Shown here piece after piece: positions 24,835-38,981 of a DNA stretch of 64,000 nucleotides. The stretch comes from Eledone cirrhosa (lineage: Eukaryota): contig OZ024740.1 in NCBI GenBank assembly GCA_964016885.1, positions 404,922,001 to 404,986,000 of the forward strand, given 5' to 3'. Positions within the stretch are counted from its first letter, which is position 1. Each line of letters begins with the position of its first letter. Made by a program: the position numbers and the translations under genes. The notes under the pieces are model-generated. The model saw nothing but the letters and a program-made list of their open reading frames with translations, ran no database searches and was not told the origin of the DNA.

Positions 24835-27800
24835 ATGTCAGGGGCCTGGTGAAACTCAGCAACATGAGTAAAATTTCCTACCTGGGAGACTTAGCCATAA
24901 GCAATCAAGCACTATGCATGGCACTAACCGAAACGCACCTGACAAGCAGTATAGCAGATGCAGAAATACATATACCGAAATATACTGTATTTCGTTCGGA
25001 CAGGAAGGAGAGAACTCATGGAGGGGTTGCTCTGTATATCCGTGAAGATGTCACACCAATTGTACTGTTGACACATTCAAACTCGGTCTGTGACACACTG
25101 ATAATACATATGAAGCAACTACAGACGGTAATGTGTCACATATCGGCCGCCCGATGCCCCCAGTCATGAGGGTAAATTTGAGGATAGCCTAAATAGGATA
25201 GAAGAGGTCCTTGACAAACTGGACCAGGGTCTCAACATCCTACTGCTGGGAGACTTCAACCTACCAAAGGTCAAATGGCCTGAGGGCCACCTCCTCCCTG
25301 GAATGACGTCAATAGAACAGAGACAGACGGAATCCCTGCTGGCCCTCACACACAGGCTGTTCATGGAGCAAGCAATACTCCTCCCAACAAGAGGCTAAAA
25401 TGTCCTGGACCTCTGTTTTACAAACAACGAAGTGCTCATCCACAATGTAAAGGTGACACCAACAATTCTCTCGGATCATAACTTGGTAGAGCTAATGATA
25501 TGTGGTCCAAGAGAACCAACAGAGACAAAACCACCAAGAAGCTCCGGGACGCTATCCAGCCTTAAATTCTACGGGGCTGACTGGAAGAAGATTAAGAGTG
25601 AAATCCGGAAGCAAACATGGAGTGCAAACATCGCCACACAAGACACTAACACACAATTTCAACACTTCATGACAACGATACACACCATATGCAAAAAGTG
25701 TGTCCCGGAGAAAGAGGCAAACAGACACAAAAATCTTATTCCCAGAGATAGGAAAATCCTTATGAGACGTAGAACTAAACTCTCAAACCAGTTGAATAGT
25801 CAACAAAACCAAAACAAGAAGGAATCCTATTTGAAACGTGCACTACTTGACACCGAGATTGCACTCAAGATTTCACATGAGAATGAGAGGGCAAGGAAAG
25901 AGAACAGGGCCATAGAAAACATTAAAACAAACCCTAAGGCCTTCTTTAAATTTGCAAAAGAAACTGCCTCAGTACACTGCAAGATTGGACCACTCTTCCA
26001 CACGGACGGTTCATTAACCGAAAATCCCCAAGAGATATGTGAAATACTGAACGAACAGTACAAAAGTGTCTTCACATGTCCACTGAGGCACATGCAAATA
26101 ACGAAGCCAGAGGAGTTCTTTGATGCCACAACACTACATCAAGAAATGGCAACCATCAACCACATAGACATAACGGAGGAGGATGTGGTGTACGCCATTG
26201 ATGAAATTAGAACAGACTCGGCTGCTGGACCTGATGGATTCCCAGCAGTTCTCTTAAAAATATGTAAGCGGGCCTTAGCAACTCCACTGAAGATGCTCTT
26301 CAGAAGCTCCTTGGCTAGCGGTGTACTACCCAGGGAGCTGAAAGAAGGCACAATATGCTCTATCCATAAAGGAGGTAGTAGAGCGGAGGCCAAGAACTAT
26401 AGGCCAGTCTCCCTGACGTCGCATATCAGTAAGGTCATGGAGCGAGTCGTCAGAAAGAAACTAATCACTTTCCTCGAAGAAAATGACCGCCTGACTAGCA
26501 CGCAACATGGCTTCCGCCCAGGAAGAAGCTGCCTTACACAGCTGCTACATCACTACGACTGGGTACTGAGACAGCTACTAGACAGCTCACATGTAGACGT
26601 GATATATCTTGACTTTGCGAAGGCCTTTGACAAGGTCGACCACGGAATGATATGTCACAAACTACACGGACTCGGCATAACTGGAAAAGTAGGTGAGTGG
26701 CTGCATGGCTTCCTGAGGGACAGAAGCCAGGCCGTCGCAGCAAATGGGGCCCTCTCGAGGGAAACACCGATAACAAGTGGGGTGCCTCAGGGGACAGTCC
26801 TGGGACCACTACTGTTTTTGGCGGCTCTCTCGGACATGCCCTCTGTGGTGCATGCAACAACATCCCTCACTAGCTATGCTGATGACACTAAGGTAGCACA
26901 GGCAATCAAAAACCCGGCTGACGCTGCCCTCTTACAGCAGGATCTGGATGCCATATACAGATGGGCGGAAGAAAACAACATGCAGTTTAATGCTGGCAAA
27001 TTCCAAGCCCTACAATACAAACCTGCAAACACAAACACAAATATAGCGGAACACAGCTACACAGGACCAGGAGGGACCGATATCCCCGTGTCAAAATCGA
27101 TACGAGACCTGGGCATAGACATGAGCGATGATGCATCTTTTTCTTCACACATCATGAAGGTGGCGACAGCATGTAGACGATTCGCTGGCTGGATCTTGAG
27201 GACTTTCCTTACAAGAGATCGAGACACCATGTTGACACTGTGGAGGACTTTTGTCCTAAGCCGCCTGGACTACTGCTCCCAGCTGTGGTCACCCCATAGT
27301 GTCAAACTAACCACAGAGCTTGAGGCAATCCAGCGAAGCTACACCAAGAGGATTGCCAAGATGAGGGAGACAAGCTACTGGGAGAGGCTGAAGGAACTGA
27401 ACCTCTACTCCTTGGAGCGAAGACGGGAGAGATACGCAGTGATCTACATGTGGAAAATCCTGGAGGGACTAGCACCAAACTTTGGCATTGGGAGCTGGAC
27501 CAACCGTCGAACAGGACGTCACTGTGTGGTGCCAAAGGTCCCGTCTTCCACATCTAGAATAAGGAGCAGGTATTGCAATAGCCTGGGATTCAAGGGCCCT
27601 CAACTCTTCAACAGGCTGCCGAGGCATCTGCGAGACTTGCATGACGTGGAGGTGGATGTCTTTAAGAAACATCTCGACACCTTGTTATCCAGGATCCCGG
27701 ATGAGCCCACAGCAAGACACGAGGGAAACCTAAGGGCAGCAGCAACAAACTCCCTCCTACACCAGTGGCCAACCTATACAGGCTGGAGATAAAATGTGTA

Positions 27801-27859
27801 GCAACAAGGGCGGTGCCCCAGCATGGCCTCAGCCGGATGGCTGAAACAGGTAAAAGAGT
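24835..27859 (+). mobile_element. CR1/L2-group LINE family A, 5'-truncated at the start of the AP endonuclease
   Basis: APE motifs (LTETHL, GGVALY, GDFN, SDH) and RT motifs ([31 protein letters not shown]); 3' stem-loop and AAAAGAGT tail. Confidence 0.93.
24836..27792 (+). pseudogene. LINE ORF2 (APE-RT), disrupted; open from 25432 to 27792
   Basis: Compared with the copy at 48.8-53.0 kb: 2-bp deletion near 25130 and GAA->TAA near 25396. Confidence 0.9.
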
Positions 27860-27944
27860 ATATGTATATATGTATATGTATATGTATATATGTATATATA
27901 TATATATGTATATATGTATATATATATGTATATATATATATGTA

Positions 27945-27989
<45 letters not shown>

Positions 27990-28453
27990 ATATATATATA
28001 TGTATATATATATATGTGTATATGTATATGTATATATGTATATATGTGTATATGTGTATATGTATATATGTATATATATGTATATATGTATATGTATATA
28101 TATATATATGTATATATATATATGTATATATATGTATATATATATGTATATATGTATATATGTATATATATGTATATGTATATATATATATGTATATGTA
28201 TATATGTATATATATGTATATGTATATATATATATGTATATATATGTATATGTATATATGTATATATATGTATATATATATATATGTATATATGTATATA
28301 TATGTATATATATATATATGTATATATGTATATATATGTATATATATATATATGTATATATGTATATATATATATTATATGTATATATGTATATATATGT
28401 ATGTATATATATGTATATATGTATATATGTATATATATATATATGTATATATG

Positions 28454-28484
<31 letters not shown>

Positions 28485-30515
28485 GTATATATGTATATGT
28501 ATATGTATATATGTATATGTGTATATGTATATTATATATATTATATATGTATATGTATATATGTATATGTATATATGTATATGTATATATATATATGTAT
28601 ATATATATATGTGTATATGTATATATATATATGTATATATATATATGTATATATATATATGTATATATATATATGTATATATATATATGTATATATATAT
28701 ATGTATATATATATATGTATATATATGTATATATATGTATATGTATATATATGTATATGTATATATATGTATATGTATATATATGTATATGTATATATGT
28801 ATATATGTATATATGTATATGTATATATGTATATATGTATATGTATATATGTATATGTATATATGTATATGTATATATATATATGTATATATGTATGTGT
28901 ATATGTATATGTGTATATATGTATATATGTATATATGTATATGTATATATGTATATGTGTATATATGTATATATGTATATATGTATATATGTATATGTAT
29001 ATATGTATATGTATATATGTATATGTATATATGTATATGTATATATGTATATGTATATATGTATATGTATATGTATATATGTATATGTATATATGTATAT
29101 GTATATATGTATATGTATATATGTATATGTATATATGTATATGTATATATGTATATGTATATGTATATATGTATATGTATATATGTATATGTATATATAT
29201 ATGTATATATATATGTATATATATATATGTATATATATATATGTATATATATATATGTATATGTATATATGTATATGTATATATGTATATGTATATATAT
29301 ATGTATATATATATGTATATATATATATGTATATATATATATGTATATATATATATGTATATATATATATGTATATATATATATGTATATATATATATGT
29401 ATATATATATATGTATATATATATATGTATATATATATATGTATATATGTATATGTATATATATATATGTATATATATATATGTATATATGTATATGTAT
29501 ATATATATATGTATATATGTATATGTATATATATGTATATATGTATATGTATATATATATATGTATATATATATATGTATATATGTATATATATATATGT
29601 ATATGTATATATATATATATGTATATATGTATATATGTATATATATATATGTATATATGTATATGTATATGTATATATGTATATGTATATATGTATATGT
29701 ATATATATATATGTATATGTATATATGTATATATGTATATGTATATGTATATATGTATATATGTATATGTATATATGTATATGTATATATGTATATATGT
29801 ATATGTATATATGTATATGTATATATGTATATGTATATATGTATATATGTATATATGTATATATATATATGTATATGTATATATGTATATATGTATATCT
29901 ATATCTATATATCTATATATATATATCTATATATGTATATATATATATGTATATATATATATGTATATATATATATGTATATATATATATGTATATATAT
30001 ATATGTATATATATATATGTATATATGTATATATGTATATATATATATCTCTATATGTATATATGTATATATATATATCTCTATATATATATATGTATAT
30101 ATGTATATATGTATATATATATATGTATATATATATATGTATATATGTATATATGTATATATATATGTATATATATGTATATGTATGTATATGTATATAT
30201 ATGTATATATATGTATATATATGTATATATATATATGTATATATATGTATATATATGTATATATATGTATATATATATATATGTATATATATATATGTAT
30301 ATATATATATGTATATATATATGTATATATATATATGTATATATATGTATATGTATATATATGTATATATATATATGTATATATATGTATATATGTATAT
30401 ATATATGTATATATATATATGTATATATATATGTATATATGTATATATATATGTATATATGTATATATATATGTATATATATATATGTGTATATGTATAT
30501 ATATGTATATATATA
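27860..30515. repeat. Interrupted (TA)n microsatellite, GTATAT-rich
   Basis: Directly visible. Confidence 0.97.
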
Positions 30516-33235
30516 CCTATTAGTAGTTGGGCTCTATAGGCCACCCCAAACGCCTGTACCATGTTTCAAGGAATGCCTCAACAGCATAAAGTGTTTCATC
30601 CAAGAGTGTCACCCTGACAACATCTTAATGATGGGGGACTTCAACCTCCCCGGAGTTGACTGGTCCACAAACAGCCTGCCACCAGGTTCTTCTGCCTCAA
30701 CCTCTGACAGGGAAGCTGTGGAATCGCTTCTTGACTTCATGGATGATTTCTTCCTATCCCAACTGGTGCTCGAACCAACGAGGTGCCACAAAAACGTCCT
30801 AGACTTAATTTTCAGCAATCACACTGACAATATCCACAATATTGCAGTGGAGAAAACTCTACTCTCTGATCATGACATGGTTCTCTGTGATCTGAGATTC
30901 CACCGTCCAATATACAAACCCAATGTCATCTCTCCTGTCCATCCGTTTGACGCTATGGATTTCCACAATGCAAACTGGGAAGCGATCAGTCATGATCTTG
31001 CACATGTCGACTGGTCCTTCACGCACACTCATACACCCACTAACATCAAAAAGTCCTGGCAGACATTTGTGGACACTGTTACAAACATATGTGCTAAACA
31101 CACCCCATTAAGAACTATAAACCAATCTAAGAGCAGAATCCCTAGAAATAGAAAAACGCTCATCAGAAAAATTAAGAGAACGAACAAAAAAATCAACAAG
31201 CTGAAATACTGTCAGCAGCAACACATCAACTTGACTGCCATTTCATCACTAGAGATTAAAAAACATAACCTCCAAAACAACATAATGTCCCTCATCAACA
31301 ATCAGAGAAGAGCTGAAGAGGCCTGGGCCATTGAGAAGATCAAACTCAATCCCAAAGTGTTCTTTTCATTTGCAAAAAAACACAAAATCACTGGCTCTAC
31401 TGTTGGCCCTCTAATTGATGAAAATGGCACTCTTCAAGACAATGCTAAAACCATGGGTGAGATACTGCAGAAACAATACTGCTCTGTTTTCAGCAATCCT
31501 GATATGGCCGATCTGGGCTGTATCGGCGATGTTACTCCCCATTACACCTTATCGGACATAACGTTTGGCGCCCCTGATGTCTTGGCGGCAATAAAGGAAA
31601 TCAAGCATAATTCAGCAGTAGGTCCCGATAGGTTCCCTGCTTGTGTCTTGAAGGCGTGTCAACACCAACTTGCATCTCCTCTTGCCAATCTGTGGCGGAA
31701 CTCACTGGATGCTGGATATGTGCCAGAAAACCTTCTATCCCAGTCTGTTGTCCCAGTTTTCAAAAAGGGAAACAAATCCCTTGCCGTGAATTACCGTCCA
31801 ATCTCACTCACCTCTCATATCATTAAGGTATTTGAGCGAGTGGTGAGATCGCGAATGACCCACTTCCTTGAGAGTAACAATATGCTGAACTCCAACCAGC
31901 ATGGATTCCGTAATGGAAGGGATTGCCTGACGCAGCTACTGCATCACTTTGATGACATTTTGAGAGCCTTGGGAGAGGGTTCCAACACTGATGTTATCTA
32001 CCTTGATTTCAGCAAGGCCTTTGACAGGGTTGATCATAACATTCTACTGAGAAAGCTGTCCAATATTGGTGTCACTGGAAAGCTGCTGCAGTGGATCAAG
32101 AGCTTCCTGTCAAACAGAACCCAACATGTTGTAGTTGAGGGAGTCAAATCAAGCCCAGCCAAAGTCAGTAGTGGGGTCCCACAAGGCACTGTGTTGGGCC
32201 CACTTCTCTTCATCATCTATATTGACATCACTGACATCATCAAACACAGCAACATTAAAATTTTCGCTGATGATTCCAAGCTCCAAAAGGTCATCAATGG
32301 CGTGGATGACCGGATAAGCCTTCAGTCAGACCTACTGGCTGTTACCCAATGGGCAGAAAAGAACAACATGTTACTGAACGAAGACAAATTCGAACTGATC
32401 CACTTTGGAAAAGAGGATGCTCTGAAACTCCCGTACTCCCTTCCCTCCGGGGAAACTCTCGTGGCATCTAACAACATCAGAGACTTGGGAGTAACCGTGG
32501 ACAGCAACATAAGCTGGACCACGCATATAAGCAGCAAAGTTGACATGGCCCGCAGAATGTGTTCCTGGATCCTCAGAACCTTCCAGTCAAGAGATTCCCG
32601 CACCATTATCCTTCTCTTCTCTACTTTCGCCCGACCACACCTTGAATACTGTTGTCCACTGTGGTCTCCCCACACGAAACAAAGTATCATGAAACTTGAA
32701 GCTCCTCAAAGGGCAATCACGAAAAAGATAGATGGCATGTCAGACCTTGACTACTGGGGTCGATTGGAAAACCTGAAACTTTACTCACTCCAACGTCGCC
32801 GTGAGCGTTATATTATCTGCATGATGTGGAAAATGTTCCATCATCACTGCCCAAATGATGTTGGCATCGCCTTCAAGATACACCCAAGGCTTGGGCCCCG
32901 TGCTATCTGTCCCATTCAAAAATCTAAATCGCAACTCATAACAACAATACGGCACAATTATTTCACCTCAATCGGCCCTGCTCTCTTCAACATCACACCA
33001 GGACACGTCAAAACAGAAACTGACCACACAAAATTCAAGAAGTCTTTGGACAAATTCCTCCAAGTAATCCCGGACAAACCACCCACACCCGGATATGTCT
33101 CCGCAAACAGTAATTCTCTTCTCGAATGGGCCATGGAGCCCAAATCCTGAATTGAAAGACTTCGCCAGGTGGTGCTATTAAGTTAGACATGGCCTGGGCC
33201 AATACTGGCCAAAACATTTCAAAGTTATTCAAAGT

Positions 33236-33237
<2 letters not shown>
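30516..33237 (+). mobile_element. CR1/L2-group LINE family B, 5'-truncated
   Basis: Partial APE (YRPP, GDFNLP, SDH), RT with FADD, C-terminal 'SNSL'; 3' stem-loop and (TTCAAAGTTA)2 tail. Confidence 0.93.
30517..33150 (+). CDS. LINE ORF2 (partial APE + RT), open frame
   Basis: Non-repetitive part of ORF 27823-33150. 'LFIIYIDI' appears to lack one residue of the usual YIND motif. Confidence 0.88.
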   Translation, partial: LLVVGLYRPPQTPVPCFKECLNSIKCFIQECHPDNILMMGDFNLPGVDWSTNSLPPGSSASTSDREAVESLLDFMDDFFLSQLVLEPTRCHKNVLDLIFSNHTDNIHNIAVEKTLLSDHDMVLCDLRFHRPIYKPNVISPVHPFDAMDFHNANWEAISHDLAHVDWSFTHTHTPTNIKKSWQTFVDTVTNICAKHTPLRTINQSKSRIPRNRKTLIRKIKRTNKKINKLKYCQQQHINLTAISSLEIKKHNLQNNIMSLINNQRRAEEAWAIEKIKLNPKVFFSFAKKHKITGSTVGPLIDENGTLQDNAKTMGEILQKQYCSVFSNPDMADLGCIGDVTPHYTLSDITFGAPDVLAAIKEIKHNSAVGPDRFPACVLKACQHQLASPLANLWRNSLDAGYVPENLLSQSVVPVFKKGNKSLAVNYRPISLTSHIIKVFERVVRSRMTHFLESNNMLNSNQHGFRNGRDCLTQLLHHFDDILRALGEGSNTDVIYLDFSKAFDRVDHNILLRKLSNIGVTGKLLQWIKSFLSNRTQHVVVEGVKSSPAKVSSGVPQGTVLGPLLFIIYIDITDIIKHSNIKIFADDSKLQKVINGVDDRISLQSDLLAVTQWAEKNNMLLNEDKFELIHFGKEDALKLPYSLPSGETLVASNNIRDLGVTVDSNISWTTHISSKVDMARRMCSWILRTFQSRDSRTIILLFSTFARPHLEYCCPLWSPHTKQSIMKLEAPQRAITKKIDGMSDLDYWGRLENLKLYSLQRRRERYIICMMWKMFHHHCPNDVGIAFKIHPRLGPRAICPIQKSKSQLITTIRHNYFTSIGPALFNITPGHVKTETDHTKFKKSLDKFLQVIPDKPPTPGYVSANSNSLLEWAMEPKS

Positions 33238-33271
<34 letters not shown>

Positions 33272-33368
33272 CATATATACATATATACTATATATATATA
33301 CATATACATATACATATACATATATATATATATATATATGCATTCTCTCCCTATATATATATATATAT

Positions 33369-36300
33369 GATAGGAATTCACTTCGCCAAATTTCATTGCT
33401 TGCTGTCCACCCACGATATTCATGTAAACGTAATGTACAGTTTTCATTTCTCTCCCTCCACAAATCTTAATTCTAGCGTATTTTCAAAACAATCCATATT
33501 TCGTATCAAGTCCAAATAGCCAATCTATCGCTAAAACAAACTACATTTTCTGTTTCTATTAATTGTTAAATACGTAAGTTTTGGGCGTATTTAACAGAAC
33601 AAATTTTGTATTTTTGTTAATCGCTTGTTAAATGCAAGGACCCCATTCAATCATTACCTTCTTGCTAGCTACCCAACACCCCCCCCCCTCCCACCACCAT
33701 TGCTATTACGTGGACCAATCATAAAACAGAGCCCCCCACGCATCACCAGTATTATTACGCGGACCAATCAGAAACCAGAGGCCTATACTATCGCTTGCCT
33801 GGTTGCCTTTCGATATATGATGGATGAATGGACTGCGGAATCCTGGAGAGTGGAGGTGAGAGAGAGAAAAATCTGGACGCTCAGCGACAATGCCAAAGAT
33901 AAAGACGAATTCACCTCTTGGACGAGAATGCGAGCACTCCTCATTGTTCGACCGCGGACGGCTAACATAACCCCATCGCCCCCCGCCCCTCACCGCCCCC
34001 AACCCCCAAACGCAATCCAAAACTTCAGAGTTGGTACCATAAATGTAGGCACCCTAAAGGGTCGCGCTAACGAGGTTGTAGAAATGCTTGAACGTAAGGA
34101 GGTCGATGTTTGTTGTATTCAAGAGACCAGGTGGAGGGGTGGGTCTGCTAGGTTCATTGAGGGTAAAAAACGATGTTATAAGCTTTTCTGGGTGGGAAAC
34201 GACGATGGGCTGGGTGGAGTAGGAATCATGGTAGCAGAAAAGTGGGCAGATAAGATAATAGACGTAAATAGAGTGAACGACAGAATAATTAAAATACGAC
34301 TTGTCCTCAATAGAACTACGGCGACAGTAATATCTGCGTACGCACCCCAATCCGGACTGCCCGGCACTATAAAAGACAGATTCTATGAGACACTGATGCT
34401 AACTACCCTCCCAAATATCCGACAGTGACTATATAATTATCGCAGGCGACCTAAATGGTCACGTTGGACAACATTGTGACGGCTACGACGAAATCCATGG
34501 AGGCTATGGGTTTGGTACTAGAAATGAGGAAGGCTCCAGAATCCTGGAATTCTGTGATGCAAATAACCTAACTATCTGTAACACTAACTTCAAAAAACGT
34601 GACAATCACCTGATCACCTATAGATCCGGGGAACACACAAGCCAGGTAGATTATATCCTTACCAGAAGACGTGACAGAGTGTCTGTTGTTAACACTAAAT
34701 CCCTCCCCCATGAAGAATGCACCTCCCAACATAGACTGATAATTAGCGACCTCATAGTCAGGACGAGACGTACTCGACAACAGAAGAGGACTATCCTCAG
34801 GAGGAAAATATGCAAGCTAAAGGACCCCACAGCCAGGAATAAATTTCAAAGCATATTACTTGATGCTTTCGACAGTAAGGAAGAACATTTAGAGTCGGAC
34901 AATATAGAGGGAGAGTGGGAATTTCTGAAAGCAAACCTGCTGTTGGCGACAGACGAAGTCTGTGGCTGGAGCAGGCCTGTAGGCAGGAGGAGAGTAACAT
35001 GGTGGTGGAACAGTAAGGTGGAGGGGTCAATTAAGGCCAAAAAGCAGGCTTGGAAAGTATGGCGGGATGGGGGAAGTAGAGAGGACTATCAAGTGGCCAG
35101 GAGGGAAGCTAGGAGACAAGTGTACTTAGCAAGAAGGGAAGCTGAGGAAAGAAAGTTCAAGCATGTTCTACAACGCGATGACCAAAAACGTGAGGTGTTC
35201 AGGATTGCTAGGCAATGCGTCAAGGAAAACCGTGATATTGTCGGGGAGAAGTGTGTACTAAACGACGATGGCACACTTGCCATCACCGACGCTGATAAGA
35301 AGGTAGCTTGGAAATGTCACTATGAAAGGCTACTAAATGAGGAGAATAATTGGGAGAAAGGCAGTCTCCCTCATATCGACCCAATAGAGGGACCAGCAGT
35401 ATTAGTCGAGGGGAGTATAATAAGTAAGGCAATCAAGGATATGAAGACGGGTAAGGCGGCTGGGCCTTCGGAAATAGTTGCTGAGATGCTGAAGGCATCT
35501 GGCACGGTGGGACACACCATGGTCACCCGCATAGTTAACCAAGTCGTACAGAATGGGGTTGTTCCGAAGGACTGGCATAGCAGCATCATCGTTAACTGTT
35601 ATAAGGGTAAAGGAGACGCCCTAGATAGGAGTAACTATAGAGGCATTAAATTAATCGACCAGGTCATGAAGGTCACGGAAAAAGTAATAGCGCAACCTAA
35701 TCAGAGAGAGAATTGACCTAGATGAAATGCAGTTCGGGTTTGTGTCAGGCAAAAGTACCACAGACGCTCTTTTCATAGTACGACAACTACAGGAGAAGTA
35801 CCTAGCTAAAGGTAAACCCCTCTACTTAGCTTTTGTCGACTTGGAGAAAGCCTTCGACAGTCCCCCGCTCCATTATCTGGTGGGCTCTTAGAAAACTAGG
35901 CGTTGACGAATGGCTTGTGAGGGCTATACAAGCCATGTATAAAGAAACAGTCAGCAAGGTTAGAATTAACAACGAATATAGTGAAGAGTTTAGCGTAAAA
36001 GCTTGGCGTCCATCAGGGCTCTGTTCTCAGCCCACTACTATTTATTATTGCCCTTCAGGCTATAACAGAGGAGTTCAAGACAGGCTGCCCATGGGAACTC
36101 CTATACGCAGACGACCTGACACTCATAGCGGAATCAATGGCCGAGCTAGAGAAGAAATTCCAAACATGGAAGCACGGCCTAGAGTCAAAAGGACTTAAAA
36201 TTAACCTGGCTAAGACCAAAGTACTAGTTTGTAGGAAAGAAAACAAGGCGGCGGTCCCTTCTGGGAAATGGTCGTGCTCGGTGTGTAGGAAAGGCGTAGG

Positions 36301-37177
36301 TAGAAACTCCATTTTATGTCCTAAATGCAAAGTATGGGTGCATAAAAGATGTAGTGGGATCACAGGTAAGCTAACTAAGAACATAGATTTTACATGTGGC
36401 CGGTGCTCTGTGCAATAAGTAGCAGCAAGTGCCCACAAACTACTAGCTCTTTCAATTGCGCAGAGGGTTCTATAGAAATAGTGGACAGCTTCCGTTACCT
36501 GGGCGATAAAATCAGCAGTGGGGGAGGGTGCTCTGAAAGTACTGTAGCTAGAGTCAGAACTGGTTGGAAAAAGTTCAGAGAGCTTATACCACTATTAGCT
36601 GCTAAAGGGTTCTCACTAAAAATGAAAGGCAGGTTGTACGATGCCTGCATACGAACAGCAATGCTGCATGGCAGTGAGACCTGGGCATTGTGCGCAGAGG
36701 ATATACGCAGACTAGAGAGGAACGAAGCTTGCATGCTCCGCTGGATGTGTAACAGTAATATACGTGAACGGCAAAGCATAAACGAACTAAGGAAAAAATT
36801 AGAGATAAGAGGGATCAGATGTTGTTTACTCGAGAGAAGGCTACGTTGGTATGGACACGTGATGCGCATGAAAGTCGATAGCTGTATAACAAAGTGCAGG
36901 GCAATAAAGATAGACGGTAGTCACGGAATAGGCAGACCTAGAAAAACCTGGGACGAGCTGATAAACTCCGACATCACACACTTACACCTCTCCAAGACAA
37001 TGTCACTGGACCGAGACCTTTGGCGGTACTCAGTAACAGAGAAGACCCGCCTTACCTAAATATATAGTAAAACCTACTCCAGCCAGTAGGCATCTCTAAC
37101 AAAATACACCCCATCCCACCACCACCACCACCCCACCCCGTTCTATGTAAAGTTATGTTGGTACCACAACATCCAGG
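33369..37177 (+). mobile_element. RTE-clade LINE, apparently near full length, 3' end lost in gap
   Basis: APE (NVGTL, IQETRW, YAPQ, GDLNGHVG, QVDYIL, QHRL), RT ([28 protein letters not shown]), PHD finger, C-terminal RLRWYGHV...GRPRKTW. Confidence 0.93.
33625..37059 (+). pseudogene. RTE APE-RT-PHD ORF broken by about five small indels
   Basis: Frame changes near 34410, 35697, 35860, 36001 and 36410; ORF pieces 33625-34428, 34679-35716, 35833-36198, 36137-36418, 36394-37059. Confidence 0.88.
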
Positions 37178-37377
37178 NNNNNNNNNNNNNNNNNNNNNNN
37201 NNNNNNNNNNNNNNNNNNNNNNNNNNNNNNNNNNNNNNNNNNNNNNNNNNNNNNNNNNNNNNNNNNNNNNNNNNNNNNNNNNNNNNNNNNNNNNNNNNNN
37301 NNNNNNNNNNNNNNNNNNNNNNNNNNNNNNNNNNNNNNNNNNNNNNNNNNNNNNNNNNNNNNNNNNNNNNNNNNNNN
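37178..37377. other. Assembly gap (200 N)
   Basis: Run of N. Confidence 1.
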
Positions 37378-37879
37378 TGTATGTATATATATATGTATGT
37401 ATATATATATGTATTGTATATATATGTATATATATGTATGTATGTATATATATGTATATATATGTATATATGTATATATATATGTATATATGTATATATG
37501 TATATATGTATATATATATGTATATATGTATATATATATATATGTATATGTATGTATATATGTATATATGTGTATATATGTATATATATGTATATATATG
37601 TGTATATATGTATATATATGTATATATATGTATATATATGTATATATATGTATATATGTATATATATGTATATATGTATATATGTGTATATGTGTATATA
37701 TATGTATATATGTGTATATATATGTATATATATGTATATATATGTATATATGTATATATATATATATATGTATATATATGTATATATATGTATATATGTA
37801 TATATATGTATATATGTATATATATATATATGTATATATATAATATAAGATCAAAAGATGGTTAAAGGAGTTCCATGTA

Positions 37880-37946
37880 TTTTATTATGCGCATTTCAAA
37901 AACAAACATCATCATGCAATAATATTTGTGTTTTCATCAGATAAAA
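37880..37946 (-). ncRNA. Minimal type-I hammerhead ribozyme
   Basis: UUUUAU-CUGAUGA-long stem II-GAAA-UGCGCA-UA-AUAAAA. Confidence 0.85.
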
Positions 37947-38981
37947 CAGGAGAACATGATATGAAGGCTAAAAAAACACTTGTGGATAGTGCAGTTTTAA
38001 ATCAACATATGAAAAGTGGTTTTAGATTGATGTGTGATATTGGGAAAAATATTTTATTTAGAGAGGGGGTGGGTGGGGGCGGAAAGGATGAAACAGGGAA
38101 GGAGATGAGAGGGAGAGATGGGTGATAGAGAGAAAGAGATAGTTTTTATAACTGAGAGGAGATATATTGTTTTACATAGAGAGGTTGAAAACCGTTGGAA
38201 GATAATGTATAAATTAAAAATAAAAAAAATTTTGAAAATTAATGAAGGGAGGATATGTGCGAGGAAAAAATATTTTATTTAGGGAGGGGGGGAGGATGAA
38301 AAAAGGGGGAGGAGATGAGAGTGAAGGTTGAGGGGGAGAGATGGGTGATAGAGAGAAAGATATAGTTTTTATAACTGAGAAAAAGATATATAGTTTTACA
38401 TAGAGAGGTTGGGAACCGTTGGAAGATAATGTATAAATTAAAGGAATTTGAAAATTAACGAAGGGAATTTATGTATGAAGATAGAGAGAAAAAATAATAA
38501 TTGTGGATGAATATTCTAACGTCAAAAAAAGAAATGTATGTTGATAAGATATTGTGGCAATTTCAAAATTAACGAAGATGAAAATTATTAAGGTTTGTGT
38601 GTAGAAGGATTTGAGAAAAATAATGTGGAGTTAAAGTTTGTATATTGAAGGAATTGATAATATATGCGAATAAAGAGTTAATATGTATTAATAATGAGTT
38701 CGTTGATGGGGAGAAAAAAATAATAAATTAAGGATGAAATTGAGATTAAAAAGATTTATGATAGAGAAAAAATAATAATGATTGCGGATGAATATTCTAA
38801 CGTCAAAACAACAAATGTATATGTTATGATTTTACAAGGTGGAGATAGAATGAGGGTAATGAGTAAACAAGTATTATAGAGTGTATAATGCCCTTTAAAG
38901 TAAGGTATATGGGTATATTTTAAAGAGGTGTATGTATATGTGCCTTTGAGAAAAGATTCTAAATTGATAAAGAATTGAATA

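Noticed and set aside
24835-33237. Target-site duplications
   Set aside because: Cannot be defined within (TA)n flanks.
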